Shown here: positions 59,550 to 64,000 of the stretch, in pieces
Layout: each line of letters starts with the position of its first letter
Position numbering within the stretch: position 1 is the stretch's first letter
Assembly: GCA_002104945.1 (NCBI GenBank)
Contig: MCFH01000002.1
Span: 1,674,001 to 1,738,000 of the forward strand
Length of the DNA: 64,000 nt
Source of the DNA: Piromyces finnis finn
Taxonomy: Eukaryota > Fungi > Neocallimastigomycota
Direction: 5' to 3'
Program-made: the position numbers and the translations under genes
Notes under the pieces: model-generated
Told to the model about the DNA's origin: nothing
The model's database searches: none
Seen by the model: the letters and a program-made list of their open reading frames with translations, nothing else

Positions 59550-59936
59550 ATACTAATTTACACCTATCTCGATTATTATTGTTATTATTGTTAAATTACT
59601 AATTTATATGGGTTTAATAATAAAAACAAACAAACAAACATAATAATAATAAATATCAAAGTTCAAATAAAAAAAACTAAAAATTAAGAATCTCAATAGC
59701 AATCAATAATAAACATAATAAATATAATAATAATAATTATCATCATCAATACCATCATTAATAGTCACCTATTTCTATATACTATAATATTGATAAATAT
59801 TGATTATTTATTCAAAGTAAATGTACTATATATATATAAAACAGTTTTTAACAAAATAAAAAAGCAATAAATAAAATAAACATCTTTGAAAACTAGCTTC
59901 CAAATAGAAAAATTTTATATTATTATTATATCATTC

Positions 59937-59973
<37 letters not shown>

Positions 59974-60546
59974 GTAAAAGAAGGTTTTATAGCTAGTTTA
60001 TAAAAAAATATAAATTTTAATGATTATAAAGCTTGTAGTTTTTTAAAGATTATTCATAATTAACCATTTTTACTTTTTTGTATTTTTGTACACTTTTTTT
60101 GTATTTGCTAAATTAATCGTAATTAAAATTCCAAAAATGTGTATAAATAAATTAATTTTTTATAAATTAATTTTTTTTTTATTTTATTTTATTTTATATA
60201 AGATTTTAAATTATTTTAAAATATAATGAAAAGTTTTTTTTTTTTTCTTCCTATTTTATTCTTTAAATTATAAACATTAAAAAAGTACTTTTTAAAAATT
60301 TTATTAATTAGCATTTTAGAAAAAAGGAAAATATATTTATTCAAAAGTTATTAGACTATCTGATTTTTCAATTGTTCAAGAAATTTAATTAGCCATTAAA
60401 AATAAAAATATATATTTTCCATTTAATTTTATAGTAAAATAGAATTTATAAACATAATTCAATTGCTCTTCTAATTTCAATTATTATTATAATAATAAAT
60501 TAATAATAATAATTATTTTCATCATTAATAATTTATTTATTAAACC

Positions 60547-60578
<32 letters not shown>

Positions 60579-60579
<1 letters not shown>

Positions 60580-61686
60580 TGGAAAATAGAGTAAAAGAAG
60601 GTAAATTGTCTATAATATTTGAATATATTTTGTAATGTAGTTTTTAATAATATTAAATAAAAAAAATTAAAATTTAAATTATTAGGCGAAAAAATTAAAT
60701 CAACATCATCAGAAAGTAATTCAAATACTCAAGATCCCATTATTTTAATATTCGAGAAATTAAAAGCAATTGACGATTTCATTTGTGAAGATAAAAATAT
60801 TAAATCAAAAGATATTAATATTAAAAAAAGTTTCCCTTTAGATAATAAAATCAATGATAACAATAATTTAAATCCTTTAGGAAAATCAAATGACATTTTA
60901 AATGAAGACAGTAATAATAATAAATCCAAAAAAAGTGAAAGTAAATCAAAAAGGAATGAATTTATTGAAAAAGTAAATGGAAATATTTCTAAATTTAAAA
61001 AAGGAAAAAGTGGAAATACTGAAGATAAAAGAAATGCCAATAATATAGGACAAGAAACAAATAATGATAATAATGATAGGGATAATGAAATTAATAGTTT
61101 TATTAGAAAAAAGAATAAACATTCCAAGAACTATATGGATCATATATACAAATTAAAAATGAAGAAAAGATTTACTAATAGAAATAAAATGTTTAATAAT
61201 GATATTTCTTTATATAAATATAATGATTTATTTAAAAACCATGATTTGGAAATAGTTAAGAAAGCCTTAGATGTTACTAAAAATTTATTTGTTCATGCGC
61301 CATATCCTTTAAACAGTATGAATGATTGCTATATAAAAGTTATAAAATTATTAGGATATTCGGTATCATCTATGAATGAGTTAAAAGATGCCGAAAATCT
61401 ATGTAAAACTCTATTTTCCTTTCTATTAAATTGCCGTTCTAATCTACATATATATTCTAATTATTGCTGTAAGAAATTAAATAGACGTCCACTTGTTTCT
61501 ATTCCTGAGGATAATACTAATATTTATTTAGGTAATTTTTATGACATCTTTAAATATAAAACTGAAAAAGACTTAATAATAATGTCAAATAACCTTGACT
61601 ATCAATGGGTATCACTAGAATATTTATTATCATATCTTTTTAACAATTATTTAAAATTTTGTGAACGAAATAAACAATTGTATTAA
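60579..61686 (+). CDS. Hypothetical protein, ~340 aa, 2 exons
   Basis: Exon 1 60579-60600 (MENRVKE) and exon 2 60686-61686, which is open and in frame with ORF 61135..61686. The N-half is low complexity and the C-half looks globular/helical. Confidence 0.7.
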
Positions 61687-62815
61687 TTTTTATTAGAACA
61701 TTAAGACTATTCACTATCCAATTTATCGTACATACATACATACATACATATATACATATATTCATACATACATATATTTATTCTAAAATGAAACATTTTA
61801 AAGATACCTATTTATTGATTTATTATTACTTCTTTTAATATAAATATTTTAAAATATAGAGAATAAAATTTCTATCACTTTTTCTTCTTCTTCCTATGAT
61901 AATCTTTTTATTTTTTAATTATGTTATAGATCAATAAAAAAAATATTTATTATAAATATAAAAAAGTATTATAAAATTTATAATTATTTTTTTTTTTTTT
62001 TCACAATTTTATTATTATATTATTATATAGATTTATTAATTAATTTTAAATTAAACAATATATTTAATATATCAATTATTTTAAAATTAATCCATGAACT
62101 TATTTATTAGTTAAAACTTTAATATTTAAAAAAAAAAAAACATTAAATATAAAAGAAAAAAAGGAAAAGTTATTTATGAATAGATGTTTTAGATAAATTA
62201 TATTGTACTAGAAATTTTTAATAATAATAAAAAAATATAATTATTTAAATTAACAAATTAACCTTTAGTCAATTAAATTAAACCATTTATAATTTAACTA
62301 TTATCAATGATTATTTATAAGTAATAAATTTAAAATTAAAAATAGAAAGAGGTAATTTTTAATTTTTTTATATTATATATATTTAATCTAATTTGAGATT
62401 CCAAATATATTTGAAATCTTAAAACTATTATTGTAATCCTAATTCATTAAAGAATAAAATAAAGAAAAGTAACAACAACAGCAACAATATTAATAAATTA
62501 AGATGATAAAGTGATAAGCTTTAACATAAAATAACAACAACAACAACAATATATATACATTAGCATATAGCATATAGTAATTATATATATTTTTTAATTT
62601 TTAATAAATCTTGTTTAATAATGACAGTTATAATAATAATAGTAATAATAATAATATATATATTTTAAAAATAATTCTAACAATCCGTTTTCTTGATTTC
62701 TATTTATTTATTTTATAACTTTGTAATAGATTAATTAAGATTTAAATTAATATATACAATATTTTTTTAATTCAATTTTAAAGCTCATTAACACCTGACA
62801 TCATTTAAATATAAA

Positions 62816-63970
62816 ATGAACCAAGGTATTAAATTATTTTTAAAATTTATATTATGCCACTTTTTTTTTTTTATGTTTATTAATTTTTATTTAATTTTTC
62901 TTAATTCATTCATTCATTTTTTTTTTTTTTTTTTTTTTAACATTTGTTAATATAGAAACCAATAAAAGAAAATTAGATAAACCATCCGACAAACAAATTA
63001 ATTCAAAGGATAATAGTAATAATCAAGAGCCATTGGCAAAAAGAAAGAAAATATCATCTGGTTTAAATTTAAACAACGATACTAATAGAAAAGATAACAC
63101 GAATTCAAAAAATGATTATATAGAAATTACTGATATTACCGATGCAAACAATAGCATTCAAAAAAACAATAGTAGTAGTGAAAATGGTAAAAAATTATAT
63201 ATATATATATATATATATATTTAAATATTTAAAAATATTTTTAAAATATTGTAATTTCGCAATTAAAAATATGCACTATTATAATTTATAATTTTTTAAA
63301 GTATATATAGTAAAGAAACAAATTTTGCTGTTATTATTTTGCTATTATTATTATTATTATTATTATTGTTTATGATATTTAAAAATATTTGGATAAAGTG
63401 TCAAATGCTATGATAATAATAAAACTCAATTTATTTTATCCATTTCTTTTCTATATAATAATAAAAAAATAGAATCTGCAGTTAAAATATATGATAATCC
63501 GTATTATCCGAGCAATCAAATATTTATGAAAGAAATACTTCGTCTTCATCAAATGATTCAAGAAGTTCAACAAACTACAGACTTAAAAAAGAAAGAAGCT
63601 TATCAAAAGGAAATTAAAGAAAGCGAGACAAAATTTAAAAAATTCAAGCAAGAATATCCAAAAATTTTAGAAATTTATGATAAGAATATAAAGAAAGCAA
63701 AAAAACAGAAAAAAAGTATAATTAGTTCTAATAATAATGTTTCATCTGTTTCGTCAAAACATTTTAAGCCATCTTCTAATTTAAGTATTCCATTTAATAA
63801 AAGATATCAATTAGCATTTAAATCAGCAAACAATGATAAAAATTCAAATCAATATACCCTACCTAATAGCAAAATAAGTACACCTAAAACAATACCAGAA
63901 AGTAATAAGATTTTAATAGATGAAATAGTATCAGAGAATATAGAAAAATCTAATAAGAAACAAAAAGAAG
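62816..63970 (+). CDS. Hypothetical multi-exon protein; continues beyond the window end
   Basis: Phase-consistent exons 62816-62825 (MNQ), 62956-63186 and 63473-63970, followed by a GT donor at 63971. NLS-like PLAKRKK and a coiled-coil segment are present. Confidence 0.7.
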
Positions 63971-64000
63971 GTATATAAGTTTTTTTAAAATATTAAAAAT

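Overview
This is extremely AT-rich eukaryotic DNA with short GT-AG introns, long (AAT)n and poly-A/T tracts, and poly-Asn proteins. The fungal gene content (Vam7-type PX-SNARE, Rsp5-type HECT ligase, homocitrate synthase, GPI-type CE4 deacetylase) plus the base composition suggest an anaerobic gut fungus (Neocallimastigomycota); this taxonomy is inference. About 15 protein-coding genes are supported. Most are housekeeping (Vam7, Rsp5/NEDD4-like, BuGZ/ZNF207, V-ATPase H, Elp6, homocitrate synthase, Rheb), with several hypotheticals and a decayed repeat array at ~38-41 kb. The standout is 50907..52313, an intact intronless ORF in fungal-looking flanks that encodes a TnpX/TndX-like bacterial large serine recombinase derivative. 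It has lost the catalytic arginines, carries two tandem recombinase DNA-binding domains, and lacks the zinc-ribbon/coiled-coil region. It is a candidate horizontally acquired recombinase domesticated into a DNA-binding protein. Second is a two-exon gene (28053..30137) joining an EVH1/WH1-like domain to a bacterial-type HExxH zinc peptidase. All family assignments come from motif recognition by eye; no searches were run.
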